DNA from: Candidatus Woesearchaeota archaeon
GTDB taxonomy: Archaea > Nanobdellota > Nanobdellia > Pacearchaeales > GW2011-AR1
NCBI GenBank assembly: GCA_964468545.1
Contig: CAYXTT010000002.1
Span: forward strand, 1 to 32,359
DNA: 32,359 nt
Direction of reading: 5' to 3'
Shown: piece by piece, positions 14,341-23,114 of the stretch
How positions within the stretch are numbered: the stretch's first letter is position 1
Layout of the letters: the number at the start of each line of letters is the position of its first letter
Translations under genes and position numbers: made by a program
The notes under the pieces: model-generated
What the model saw: the letters and a program-made list of their open reading frames with translations, nothing else
What the model was told of the DNA's origin: nothing
Databases searched by the model: none

Positions 14341-17300
14341 ATGAAAAAGAGGGCAATAGTATTTACAATATTTTTATCTTCTCTAATAATACTTACCTAT
14401 TTCATTTCAGCAGATTTCACCGACGACGGAACATCAGTGCAGAATGTCACAGAATGCGGAATATTAAATACTTCTTACGCAACCTATACCCTCAACCAAT
14501 CAATGGGCTCGGGAGCAGACGGCGACTGTCTCCTAATTGCCAACGACAGCATCATCCTTGATTGCGCCGGCTTCAACATCACATATGGAAACGCAACAGG
14601 CGGGGCCGGAATCTACGTTTTTAACGAATCAGGAGAAAACGGATTCAATAACATAACAATCCAAAACTGCATCTTAATTCAAAATATAACCGGAGACGGA
14701 GATGCAGGAATTCAAATTGGAGCAAACTCAACAAACATAACACTCTACAACAACACAATCACCACACTCGGTTCAGACAGCAACGGAATCCACTTCGAAG
14801 CGAACGCCACAAACACAAACATAACCTCCAACAACATAAACATATCTGGAACCGAAGTCCACGGAATTTCATTCGAAAGCAATTCGGTCAACGCAAACAT
14901 AACCTCCAACAACATAACAACTTCAGGTATAGAATCTCACGGAATCTTTTTAGCCGACGGAAGCAATAACGTAAACGCAACTCTCAATATCATAACAACC
15001 TCTGGAGTGAATTCCTCAGGAATTAAAATTGGAGATTCTTCAATTAATGCAAGTGTAAATTTCAATGACATAACAACCTCCGGCTCAGGATTAGAGACCT
15101 GTGGAATCTATTTAGCAGAATCAGGAACCAACGCAAACATCACATCAAACACAGTCAACACATCTGGCGAAGACGCATCAGGAATTAAAATGGGCGACGA
15201 ATTATCAGGATTAGTTTATAATAACACAATTACAACTTCTGGAAATTGGAGTTTATCGAATGCAATGGGTGGAATCTGGTTAGAATCAGACACCGCCGGA
15301 ATAAACGTCAGCACAAACACAATCACAATATCTGGATATCATACTGCAGGAATCTGGGCATGGACTTGTGATAATCATTCTATCGAAAACAACATCATAA
15401 CAGCAACAGGAGAAGCGGACGGAGGAATTGTTTTATTAGACACTCAAGGAACAAACATCACATCCAACACAATCAACATCACAGGAGATTATGGCGACGG
15501 AATCTATTCCTTTAATTCGGAAAATTCCCTACTTTTCTACAACAACGTCATAACAACATCCGGAACAGAAGCTTATGGATTCAACCTCAACCAAACTTCC
15601 AACTCAAACTTCTCATCAAACAACATCACAACATCCGGAACATCAGCCTATGGAATGTTCTTCAACCAATCACACAATAACACCCTCGCAAACAACCGAA
15701 TCACAACCGGCTCATCAACCGCCTATCTCCTATACTTCACAACATCCGGAAACCAATCAATCTACGACAACATCTTCAATACATCAACAACCGGCTCCGG
15801 CATATTCATAAATAGCAGTAATCTAAACTACTTTAACACATCAGGTGCCCCATTCACAAATATAATCGGAAAAGGCTACTATGGCGGAAATTTCTGGACA
15901 AACGCAAACAGTAACGGCTATTCCGACTACTGCACAAACATCAACGACAATTACTATTGCGACTCACCTTATCGCGTCGTGTCTGGCGTCGACAGTTACG
16001 ATTATCTCCCACTCACAAACTATCATACCAACATCTCTGTTTGCGCAGCACTAAGCGTCAAAAAACGTTACACCCTAAATCAAAGTTTATCATCAAACGG
16101 AACTTGCTTTAACATCACGACAAACGGAGTTCAACTCGACCTCGCAGAACACATAATAACAGGAAACACAACCGGCTACGGAGTCAACATCACCGCCCAC
16201 AACGACACGACAATCCTAAACGGTTCAATCTCAAATTTCTCGGTCGGAATCTACGCAACATCCACCACAAACACAAACATAACTCTAACAACAATATCAA
16301 GCACGGAAAGTAATTCAAGCGCAATAACATTATCCGACGCTGACAACTCAACAATCAATTCTAACACAATCACGACCTCAGGAAACTTGTCAGAAGGAAT
16401 CTACGCAACTTCTTCTTCTTACTGTAATCTAACAAACAACAATATAACAACAACTGGTATCGGAACAACCAACTCTGGCAATGGAAGCCCAATAAATATT
16501 CTAAACTCATCAAACTATTTTCTAATCTACAACAACAGAATAAACACCACTAACGCAAACGTCGAGGGTATATACCTATCAAACGATTCCTACGGGAACT
16601 TATCCAGTAACACAATTAACACCTACGGGAACAAGTCTCACGGATTATATTTAACAACAACATCAAATAATAACAGCATAATCTCAAACATAATCAACAC
16701 GCACTACACCGGCGATATAAATCTTTATTCATTCTACGCAGGAGGAAGCTCAACAGGAAATAATATTTCATCCAACAACATTTCATCTCTGGCGAACCAA
16801 TCATTCGGTATTTACCTATCAGGACAAACAAACAACACATTCGTTTACGGGAATCGCATAACTTGCCAAGGGTACCTCGCAATCAGCCTCACGATTCTAG
16901 ATACTACCAATGCCACTACCGGACTAATAATCAGAAACAACAACATTTTAGCAAACCACTCATCACTTGGAATTGCAATCGCCACAGCTGGTTCGGTAAA
17001 CGCACTTTTCTACAACAACATTTTAAATTCAACACATGGCTCATACTTAGGAACATCTTTCAATAACTTTTATTCTGAAGACAACCTCACAAATCAATGG
17101 AACACTTCAAAAACAGCGTCGACAAACATAATCGGAAGAAGCTACATCGGCGGAAATTATTGGACAACTCCAAATGGAACCGGCTACTCCGACTATTGCA
17201 CAAACACAGACAGCGATTACATTTGCGACACCGCCTACACAATAACGGCAAATAACATCGACCGCTATCCATTAACAAACCATTTAAACACAACTACAAC

Positions 17301-17805
17301 AACAGACACAACAGACACAACATCTGGCGGTGGTAGCGACGCAGTCGCAACTTACTATCCAACAAAAGAACAACTTGCAGAAGGATACACGCTAACAATA
17401 CCAGAGAGTACCAAAGTAAAATTCTACATCGGAAACAAAAGCCACGAATTAGTAATTAATTCCATCGACAATACTACCATCAAAATAACAGTCACATCAG
17501 AACCACAAATAAAAACACTCAGAATAAACGACGAAGCAAAATTCGAACTTACCGACGATAATTTTTATGACTTCTCTGTAAAATTAGAATCAATAACAAA
17601 TTCTCAAGCAAAATTATTAATGAAAACAATATCAGAAAGTATACCAGCCAACGAACTTACCAATACACAGGAATCAAATAACGAAACACAAACAAACGGA
17701 ACTTCAAAAAACAATGCACCAATCTCCTACTGGATAACAGTTTCAATTATTTTAATTATTACCGTCGCTGTCACCGGTTATTATTATTTTAAAAAAAGAA
17801 AATAA
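14341..17805 (+). CDS. Large secreted or surface-anchored parallel beta-helix repeat protein (NosD/PbH1-like), two modules, C-terminal TM anchor
   Basis: N-terminal signal/TM segment. There are dozens of ~22-aa repeats of the type NITSNNITTSGxxxxGI and very many N-x-S/T sequons. The module end is duplicated (NIIGKGYYGGNFWTNANSNGYSDYCTN... and NIIGRSYIGGNYWTTPNGTGYSDYCTN...). A Thr-rich linker (TTTTDTTDTTSGGGS) precedes the C-terminal TM plus KKRK. Confidence 0.75.
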   Translation: MKKRAIVFTIFLSSLIILTYFISADFTDDGTSVQNVTECGILNTSYATYTLNQSMGSGADGDCLLIANDSIILDCAGFNITYGNATGGAGIYVFNESGENGFNNITIQNCILIQNITGDGDAGIQIGANSTNITLYNNTITTLGSDSNGIHFEANATNTNITSNNINISGTEVHGISFESNSVNANITSNNITTSGIESHGIFLADGSNNVNATLNIITTSGVNSSGIKIGDSSINASVNFNDITTSGSGLETCGIYLAESGTNANITSNTVNTSGEDASGIKMGDELSGLVYNNTITTSGNWSLSNAMGGIWLESDTAGINVSTNTITISGYHTAGIWAWTCDNHSIENNIITATGEADGGIVLLDTQGTNITSNTINITGDYGDGIYSFNSENSLLFYNNVITTSGTEAYGFNLNQTSNSNFSSNNITTSGTSAYGMFFNQSHNNTLANNRITTGSSTAYLLYFTTSGNQSIYDNIFNTSTTGSGIFINSSNLNYFNTSGAPFTNIIGKGYYGGNFWTNANSNGYSDYCTNINDNYYCDSPYRVVSGVDSYDYLPLTNYHTNISVCAALSVKKRYTLNQSLSSNGTCFNITTNGVQLDLAEHIITGNTTGYGVNITAHNDTTILNGSISNFSVGIYATSTTNTNITLTTISSTESNSSAITLSDADNSTINSNTITTSGNLSEGIYATSSSYCNLTNNNITTTGIGTTNSGNGSPINILNSSNYFLIYNNRINTTNANVEGIYLSNDSYGNLSSNTINTYGNKSHGLYLTTTSNNNSIISNIINTHYTGDINLYSFYAGGSSTGNNISSNNISSLANQSFGIYLSGQTNNTFVYGNRITCQGYLAISLTILDTTNATTGLIIRNNNILANHSSLGIAIATAGSVNALFYNNILNSTHGSYLGTSFNNFYSEDNLTNQWNTSKTASTNIIGRSYIGGNYWTTPNGTGYSDYCTNTDSDYICDTAYTITANNIDRYPLTNHLNTTTTTDTTDTTSGGGSDAVATYYPTKEQLAEGYTLTIPESTKVKFYIGNKSHELVINSIDNTTIKITVTSEPQIKTLRINDEAKFELTDDNFYDFSVKLESITNSQAKLLMKTISESIPANELTNTQESNNETQTNGTSKNNAPISYWITVSIILIITVAVTGYYYFKKRK

Positions 17806-17834
17806 TTATTCTCTTATCTACTCTCTCATTTCTC

Positions 17835-17851
17835 ATTGAAAATTTTTCAAT
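17835..17851. terminator. AT-rich palindrome between convergent genes (possible bidirectional terminator)
   Basis: ATTGAAAA-t-TTTTCAAT, with T/A runs on both strands. Confidence 0.35.
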
Positions 17852-17876
17852 TGCATAATCCAAAATTCTTCCAAAC

Positions 17877-18473
17877 TCATCCCCGACTAACAAACAAGTT
17901 TCCTTTAATATAAAATCGATAAGGCAAGTCGACACCTTTCGAAATCCCAATCCGCGTCGTCGCTACAACCTCAAAATCTGTGTTAGCCCGTGTCGTTCGT
18001 GGTTTACCCCCATTTTCAAAATCTTCACAAAAATAAATCCCTTTCCCATCAGCCAAACTCGTCCCATTCTGCATCCTTGAAATCCCAAACGCCTGACAAA
18101 ACTTCGCCGGACCATTACACAAATTCTTAATATCATCAACCCTACGATTTTTTTTCATTTCATCAACTCCCTCAATCGGCTCGACAGCTCGAATCAAAAC
18201 CGCTTCACCTCTCCCACTTCCTCCGCAAACAACATTAAAACAATGATGCATCCCATAAATAAAATAAACATAAGCAACCCCCGACTTCCCAAACATTACA
18301 GCATTCCTAAAACTCTTCCCTAAAAAACTATGTGAGGCCGGATCATCCTCATGATACGCCTCGGTCTCGACAACTCGTCCAACAAAACCTCCAAATACAA
18401 CATACTTCCCCAACAAATCCCGCGCCAAACTCACCGCATCCTTCTCAAAAAATTCTTCTCCCAAAATCTTCAC
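17877..18473 (-). CDS. mpg: DNA-3-methyladenine glycosylase (MPG/AAG family)
   Basis: DAVSLARDLLGKYVV, VVETEAYHEDDPASHSF, AYVYFIYGMHHCFNVV, LIRAVEP and NGPAKFCQAFGI. Confidence 0.85.
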   Translation of the reverse strand: MKILGEEFFEKDAVSLARDLLGKYVVFGGFVGRVVETEAYHEDDPASHSFLGKSFRNAVMFGKSGVAYVYFIYGMHHCFNVVCGGSGRGEAVLIRAVEPIEGVDEMKKNRRVDDIKNLCNGPAKFCQAFGISRMQNGTSLADGKGIYFCEDFENGGKPRTTRANTDFEVVATTRIGISKGVDLPYRFYIKGNLFVSRG

Positions 18474-18503
18474 GACTAACCAACTAAATCAAAATTTAAA
18501 AAT

Positions 18504-18857
18504 CTATTGCAACGGAAAACTCTCCGACGACAAAACCCCTCTTTCGACAAAATGTCTATTAAATCCATCATAATAAGCTCGCGCCAATAATCCAATAATT
18601 TTACTGCCCCCGCTTTCAATTTTTTTTTCAGAATCAGCTATTTGCCAATACTTAGGAACTCCATTAACCAAAAACTCTAGAATTAAATTTGATTCCAAAG
18701 TTGCAGGAGGCAAGCAACTTTGATGAGCAACCATCCCGTCTGAAAAACCCTTCAAATAAAAATCACAAATCAATCTTACATCCTCTTGGCAAAATCCCAT
18801 TCTTCTTGCCCTATTAACATGCTCACTCTTTAACATCCAAAAGAAAAAACAATACAC
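18504..18857 (-). CDS. Hypothetical protein
   Basis: 117-aa ORF in the coding orientation of its neighbours, with no recognisable motif. The start is uncertain. Confidence 0.4.
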   Translation of the reverse strand: MYCFFFWMLKSEHVNRARRMGFCQEDVRLICDFYLKGFSDGMVAHQSCLPPATLESNLILEFLVNGVPKYWQIADSEKKIESGGSKIIGLLARAYYDGFNRHFVERGVLSSESFPLQ

Positions 18858-18875
18858 CTTTTAAATTTTATCAAA

Positions 18876-19589
18876 CTATTTCTTCAACGTTTTCCGAACC
18901 GGCATCGCCTTTTTCATATGAGAACCCTGAGCAGTATGCTTGATTTCTTTAACTGCCGCCTTCTCAATTTTCATCTCCCTCTCCGCCTCAGCTTTCTTAT
19001 CTTCTTTTTCCTCAACCTTGTCATCGATTCCATCCTTATCTTTATCGGCAATTTCTTTTTCCTTCTCAGCTTTCTTCTTCGGCTTAACTTTCTCAACTGC
19101 CAATTTCTTTTTCTCCTCTCGTGCCTTCGCAAATTTCACAACATCAGGCAAATCAATCAACTCAACATAAACAATACCATCAATTTTTTTCGCCCGAACC
19201 CGAACTTTCCCCATCGGCTTCTTAATCCCCCTAAACCAAATTTCATTATTCAAATATCCATCAATTTTAATTTTTCTCAAATCTCCGTCGCGAACACCCA
19301 TGTGCTGAACCATAAACTCCTTCAAAATTCTCACCGCCTTTTTAGCCCGACGATATCTTGGCACTTTCAAAAACCCGCGTCTCAACGGCACAACATATTC
19401 CCTCTCTAATTCCACAACCTCACTCTTTTTTTTCTTCTCATTCGCAACCTTTGGCTTACTTTCAATTTTTTTAGAATCTTCAATTTTCTTAATAACTTCT
19501 TTATTCTCATCACTATCTTTAAAATCATCTAACTTTTTAATTTCAACTTCCCTCTTCTCTTCTAAATTTTTTTCTTCGTCTTTTTCCAT
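18876..19589 (-). CDS. rpl31e: Ribosomal protein L31e with long K/E-rich N- and C-terminal extensions
   Basis: Core REYVVPLRRGFLKVPRYRRAKKAVRILKEFMVQHMG...IWFRGIKKPMGKVRVRAKK...VYVEL. The ORF is 237 aa. The ~85-aa C-terminal extension has no intervening stop. Confidence 0.8.
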   Translation of the reverse strand: MEKDEEKNLEEKREVEIKKLDDFKDSDENKEVIKKIEDSKKIESKPKVANEKKKKSEVVELEREYVVPLRRGFLKVPRYRRAKKAVRILKEFMVQHMGVRDGDLRKIKIDGYLNNEIWFRGIKKPMGKVRVRAKKIDGIVYVELIDLPDVVKFAKAREEKKKLAVEKVKPKKKAEKEKEIADKDKDGIDDKVEEKEDKKAEAEREMKIEKAAVKEIKHTAQGSHMKKAMPVRKTLKK

Positions 19590-19590
19590 T

Positions 19591-19806
19591 TTATCCTAAA
19601 TATTGTTTCCTCGTCCTTCTCGGTTTAATTTTTAATTTCTTTTTCGCCCAAGCCCTCTTAACGTGCGTAATCCTCGACGGATGAATCTTTTTTCCTTTCC
19701 CAAATTTTTTCAACACAGTCCAAAATGGTGCCCAATTCGTCTGTCTCTGTGCCCGGTCTAAATGTCTCTTTTTACTGCTATGTGCCTTTGCTTTTCTACT
19801 CGCCAT
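19591..19806 (-). CDS. rpl39e: Ribosomal protein L39e
   Basis: Very basic 71-aa ORF. The pattern KK..L.RA.RQ...P.W..LK....IHP.R....R.W...KLK fits L39e. Lies in the r-protein run with L31e and S19e. Confidence 0.7.
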   Translation of the reverse strand: MASRKAKAHSSKKRHLDRAQRQTNWAPFWTVLKKFGKGKKIHPSRITHVKRAWAKKKLKIKPRRTRKQYLG

Positions 19807-20341
19807 TACTTATTTCCTCCTCGACCTCATCCTCAATTTCCTCATCTTCTGAATTTTGAACTCTGACGCCTAATGCTTGTATCATAGGTGCAACTGTCCA
19901 GCCAGAATTATCAATCATAGATTCCGTAGGCACATCAATCGAATCCAAAAACTCTCGCCCCTTCATCGTCAATCTTCTGCCGTATTGCAATCTACTAATT
20001 TTCTCAACCAAACCAGCCGCCTCAGCCTGTTGCAAAATAACCCGAATAATTTTCCCGCTCGCTTTTCTAAATTTATCCGGCTTAACTCCACGGTCCTTTC
20101 TCGAACCATATCTCGTCCTCAATCTCCCGACGCCAACAACACCTCGAATATACATCTGCCTCAAAATACTCGCCGCTCTGATATACCAAAAATCATCATC
20201 AGCCGGTGGCCGCTCTCTCGAAACACCAGATTTAACAAATTGAGCCCAATCAGGAATCACAAACTCCGGCAATTCCTTCAACTTCACAGCCAAAGCTGGC
20301 ACAAACTTCTCAGGATTTTTCGCGAATATCGTTTTTCCCAT
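19796..20341 (-). CDS. rps19e: Ribosomal protein S19e with an acidic C-terminal tail
   Basis: LAVKLKELPEFVIPDWAQFVKSGVSRERPP..DFWYIRAASILRQMY....GVGRLRTRYG. The track ORF starts at GTG 20398. The ATG at 20341 (MGKTIFAKNPEKF) gives a canonical N-terminus. Confidence 0.85.
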   Translation of the reverse strand: MGKTIFAKNPEKFVPALAVKLKELPEFVIPDWAQFVKSGVSRERPPADDDFWYIRAASILRQMYIRGVVGVGRLRTRYGSRKDRGVKPDKFRKASGKIIRVILQQAEAAGLVEKISRLQYGRRLTMKGREFLDSIDVPTESMIDNSGWTVAPMIQALGVRVQNSEDEEIEDEVEEEISNGE

Positions 20342-20420
20342 TTTATTACAGCTCTCCTCGCGGAGATAGACAGACCGAAGCCCGTTAACTAAAAACACAT
20401 CAAAAAATTACTATATAAAT

Positions 20421-20666
20421 CTACCGCCTTTCTTTCCTAAACTTAATCAAAGTCAAAACATATCCGACCAACTTGTAATCATATTTTTTCCCAAGCAACC
20501 CAACTAACTTCCGCCCAATTTCATCCGCATCAGTTTTATTCCGACACGCCGACCTTAAAATCGTAATCTTTAAAATTCTCTCACCCTCAAAAACATTTCT
20601 AATCTGCTCGACAAACGCGTCGCTCAATCCACTCTTCCCAAGTTGCAATCTTTTAATCGGCTTCAT
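20421..20666 (-). CDS. YhbY/CRM-domain RNA-binding protein
   Basis: 81 aa. LQLGKSGLSDAFVEQIRNVFEGERILKITIL resembles the CRS1/YhbY fold signature. Confidence 0.65.
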   Translation of the reverse strand: MKPIKRLQLGKSGLSDAFVEQIRNVFEGERILKITILRSACRNKTDADEIGRKLVGLLGKKYDYKLVGYVLTLIKFRKERR

Positions 20667-20707
20667 TAAATAAAAAGTTTCTTAAACCTTATAACTCTTC
20701 CTATAAA

Positions 20708-21562
20708 ATGCAACCAAAAAAATTCGCCGTCATCGGCCACCCAATCGCACACTCCCTATCAAAACCAATGCACGAAGCAGTCTTCAAAGAACTAAAACTC
20801 CCACACACCTACGACGCAATTGATGTCGCTCCAGAAAACCTTAAAGAATTTATAGAAAACACAAACCTCGACGGCATAAACGTCACAATCCCACACAAAG
20901 TTGAAGTAATGAGATATCTCGACAAAATAAAAAACGAAGCAAAACAAATCCAAGCGGTCAACACTCTAAAATTCACCAAATCCCAAATCCCAAATCCCAA
21001 ATTCCCACAAAAATCTTCGATTTTTGGCTACAACACCGACTGGATCGGCTTCCAAAATTCTTTCAAAGAAGAAAATATAAATCTTGAAAACAAAAACATT
21101 CTCGTCATCGGCGCCGGCGGCGTCTCGCGAGCAATCCTAATTTCATTAAAAAACAACAACGCAAATATAGTCCTGACAAACCGAACAAAACAAAAAGCAA
21201 TCGACCTAAACCAGCAACTAAATCTCAACGCAGAAATTTTAGACTACAAACTACAAACTACAAACTACAAACTACCAGAAGTCGACATTATCATCAACAC
21301 AACCTCAATCGGAATGCACCCAAACACAAACGCTTCCCCAATCCCAAAAGAACTCCTAAAACCAAACCACATAATCTTCGACGCTATCTACAACCCACTC
21401 AAAACAAAACTAATCACCGACGCTGAATCAATAGGTTGCAAAACAATTTCCGGCGTAAACATGCTCGTCCACCAAGGCGCAGAATCACTCCGAATCTGGC
21501 TCGGCATCGAACCACCAATCCAAACAATGAAAGAAGCAGTCCTAAAAAAACTAATCAACTAA
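20708..21562 (+). CDS. aroE: Shikimate 5-dehydrogenase
   Basis: VIGHPIAHSLSKPMH, GINVTIPHK, AVNTL, GYNTDWIGF and VIGAGGVSRAI. Confidence 0.9.
   Translation: MQPKKFAVIGHPIAHSLSKPMHEAVFKELKLPHTYDAIDVAPENLKEFIENTNLDGINVTIPHKVEVMRYLDKIKNEAKQIQAVNTLKFTKSQIPNPKFPQKSSIFGYNTDWIGFQNSFKEENINLENKNILVIGAGGVSRAILISLKNNNANIVLTNRTKQKAIDLNQQLNLNAEILDYKLQTTNYKLPEVDIIINTTSIGMHPNTNASPIPKELLKPNHIIFDAIYNPLKTKLITDAESIGCKTISGVNMLVHQGAESLRIWLGIEPPIQTMKEAVLKKLIN
20977..21005 (+). repeat. Heptamer microsatellite inside aroE
   Basis: caaatcc x3 (20977-20997) plus the variant caaattcc. It encodes the extra loop between the AVNTL and GYNTD motifs. Confidence 0.8.
21244..21276 (+). repeat. Heptamer microsatellite inside aroE
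   Basis: ctacaaa x4 (21244-21271) plus the partial unit ctacc. It encodes YKLQTTNYKL. Confidence 0.8.
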
Positions 21563-21936
21563 TTCCCAAATCCCAAAATATCCATTCTCTTTACAACCAT
21601 TCTCTCAGACTTCCCAATCTTCCACGAACCAGTCTTCATCAAAATTCCCTTCTTCATATCCCGACGCAAAAATTTATTCACCACAACATCACTTTTCCCA
21701 TCCCTCCAATCCTGCGAATATCTCGCACAAAAAATCGCCGCCTCTTTCAAATCTTCCTTCGATGGCTTCTCTCCAATATTCACAAACGGACTTCCTGGCT
21801 CAGCAGTGTGCAGCATCAAATCGTTCCGCTCAGCCGCCCGAACCAACTCGTCATTATTCTCCGCATTACGCCCGCCAAAAATTTTCCGCCCCGACGACAA
21901 AACAAACTCCCGAAATTTCATATAATAAAACAACAA
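21559..21936 (-). CDS. NFACT-R/DUF814-like RNA-binding protein
   Basis: SSGRKIFGGRNAENNDELV....DLMLHTAEPGSPFVNI and AAIFCARYSQ...VVVNKF. Overlaps the aroE stop by 4 nt. Confidence 0.6.
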   Translation of the reverse strand: MLFYYMKFREFVLSSGRKIFGGRNAENNDELVRAAERNDLMLHTAEPGSPFVNIGEKPSKEDLKEAAIFCARYSQDWRDGKSDVVVNKFLRRDMKKGILMKTGSWKIGKSERMVVKRMDILGFGN

Positions 21937-22004
21937 ACTAACTTATTAAACTTCCCAATTTAAAATCCGTGTTACTTCTTTTTCTATATTATAACATAAA
22001 CTAA

Positions 22005-22619
22005 CTAAAATTCGTTTTCATTCCCGATTTTCTTGTTCGACATTTCTTTAATCCTCTTCAACGCCGCCCGAACATTCTTGTTCAACTGCACAATCGAATC
22101 ATCCAACTGCGCCCGATTTTTCGTCCCAGTGCAAACCAACTTCCCATTACTAAACAACAAAAAAGTCGCCGTCGGGTCATCCAACTTATAAACCAAACCA
22201 GGAAACTGTTCCGGCTCATACTCAGTATTTTCCAACTCCAACGCCAAAACATTCAAATTCAAATCCAAATTAATCGCTCCCGACGCAACAACATTCTGCA
22301 CCGTAATCTTCGGCTTAATCGTCACATTCACTCCAATTTTCCTCAACTGCTTAATCACCTGTTGCACAACATCCTTAACCTGCGCAACCGACTTCGTCCC
22401 TGTACAAACCAAATTTCCCGACGAGAAAACCAACACCGCACTCTTCGGCTTCTTCACTCTCAAAATCAAACCAGGAAAAGTATCAGGATTATATTCAGTA
22501 TTTGGTTGCGTCCTCGCCAACTTCGTCAATGAAACGTCCTTACCCAAAGAAGCCGTCGCAACAATATTTTGAATTTTCAAAAAAGTGTCCTTTTTCTCAG
22601 AAGTTTTCGCTACTGTCAT
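22005..22619 (-). CDS. tbp: TATA-box binding protein
   Basis: Two direct repeats: IQNIVATASLG...FPGLILRVKKPKSAVLVFSSGNLVCTGTKS and VQNVVASGAIN...FPGLVYKLDDPTATFLLFSNGKLVCTGTKN. Confidence 0.95.
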   Translation of the reverse strand: MTVAKTSEKKDTFLKIQNIVATASLGKDVSLTKLARTQPNTEYNPDTFPGLILRVKKPKSAVLVFSSGNLVCTGTKSVAQVKDVVQQVIKQLRKIGVNVTIKPKITVQNVVASGAINLDLNLNVLALELENTEYEPEQFPGLVYKLDDPTATFLLFSNGKLVCTGTKNRAQLDDSIVQLNKNVRAALKRIKEMSNKKIGNENEF

Positions 22620-22666
22620 AGGATACTATAAAAAATTTCCTTTATAAAGGCTTCGAAGAAACTTAC

Positions 22667-23035
22667 TCATTCAAATCCATTCGCCCTAAGGACAATTGAA
22701 AGCTCCCTCGGAGTAACATTTATTCCCTGACAAGAAGATACACTAACTGTTTTTTTATAAGACACATCAGACAAAAGTAGTTCACCCCCCCCCCTAATAC
22801 CAACATAATAAACAACTTTATCCTTATCTTGAAAAATATTACCGCCCATCAAAAAAGAAGAAAGTAATTCTTCAATATTATCATTTTTATTTCTCATAAA
22901 CAAACCCTTATAAGTTCCACTATTAATGGGTCCTTCAGATTTATACTCCCTCACCCAAACTTTATTAAACATAATAATAACACAAACAATTCCTTTATAA
23001 AAATTTATATACTCAAAAATACAACAATCAATCAA
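22667..23035 (-). CDS. Hypothetical protein (start uncertain)
   Basis: 122-aa ORF. The internal MFNKVWV is an alternative start. No recognisable domain. Contains a G10 run on its coding strand. Confidence 0.4.
   Translation of the reverse strand: MIDCCIFEYINFYKGIVCVIIMFNKVWVREYKSEGPINSGTYKGLFMRNKNDNIEELLSSFLMGGNIFQDKDKVVYYVGIRGGGELLLSDVSYKKTVSVSSCQGINVTPRELSIVLRANGFE
22785..22794. repeat. C10 (G10 on the coding strand) homopolymer inside CDS 22667..23035
   Basis: ttcacccccccccctaatac encodes the GGG in GIRGGGEL. It stands out in an AT-rich genome. Confidence 0.8.
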
Positions 23036-23114
23036 GTCAATATTAAATAGACAACGAAGTCGCCCAATAATATAACACTACTAACTACCAGCGAAGCGAA
23101 CTACCAACTACTTA

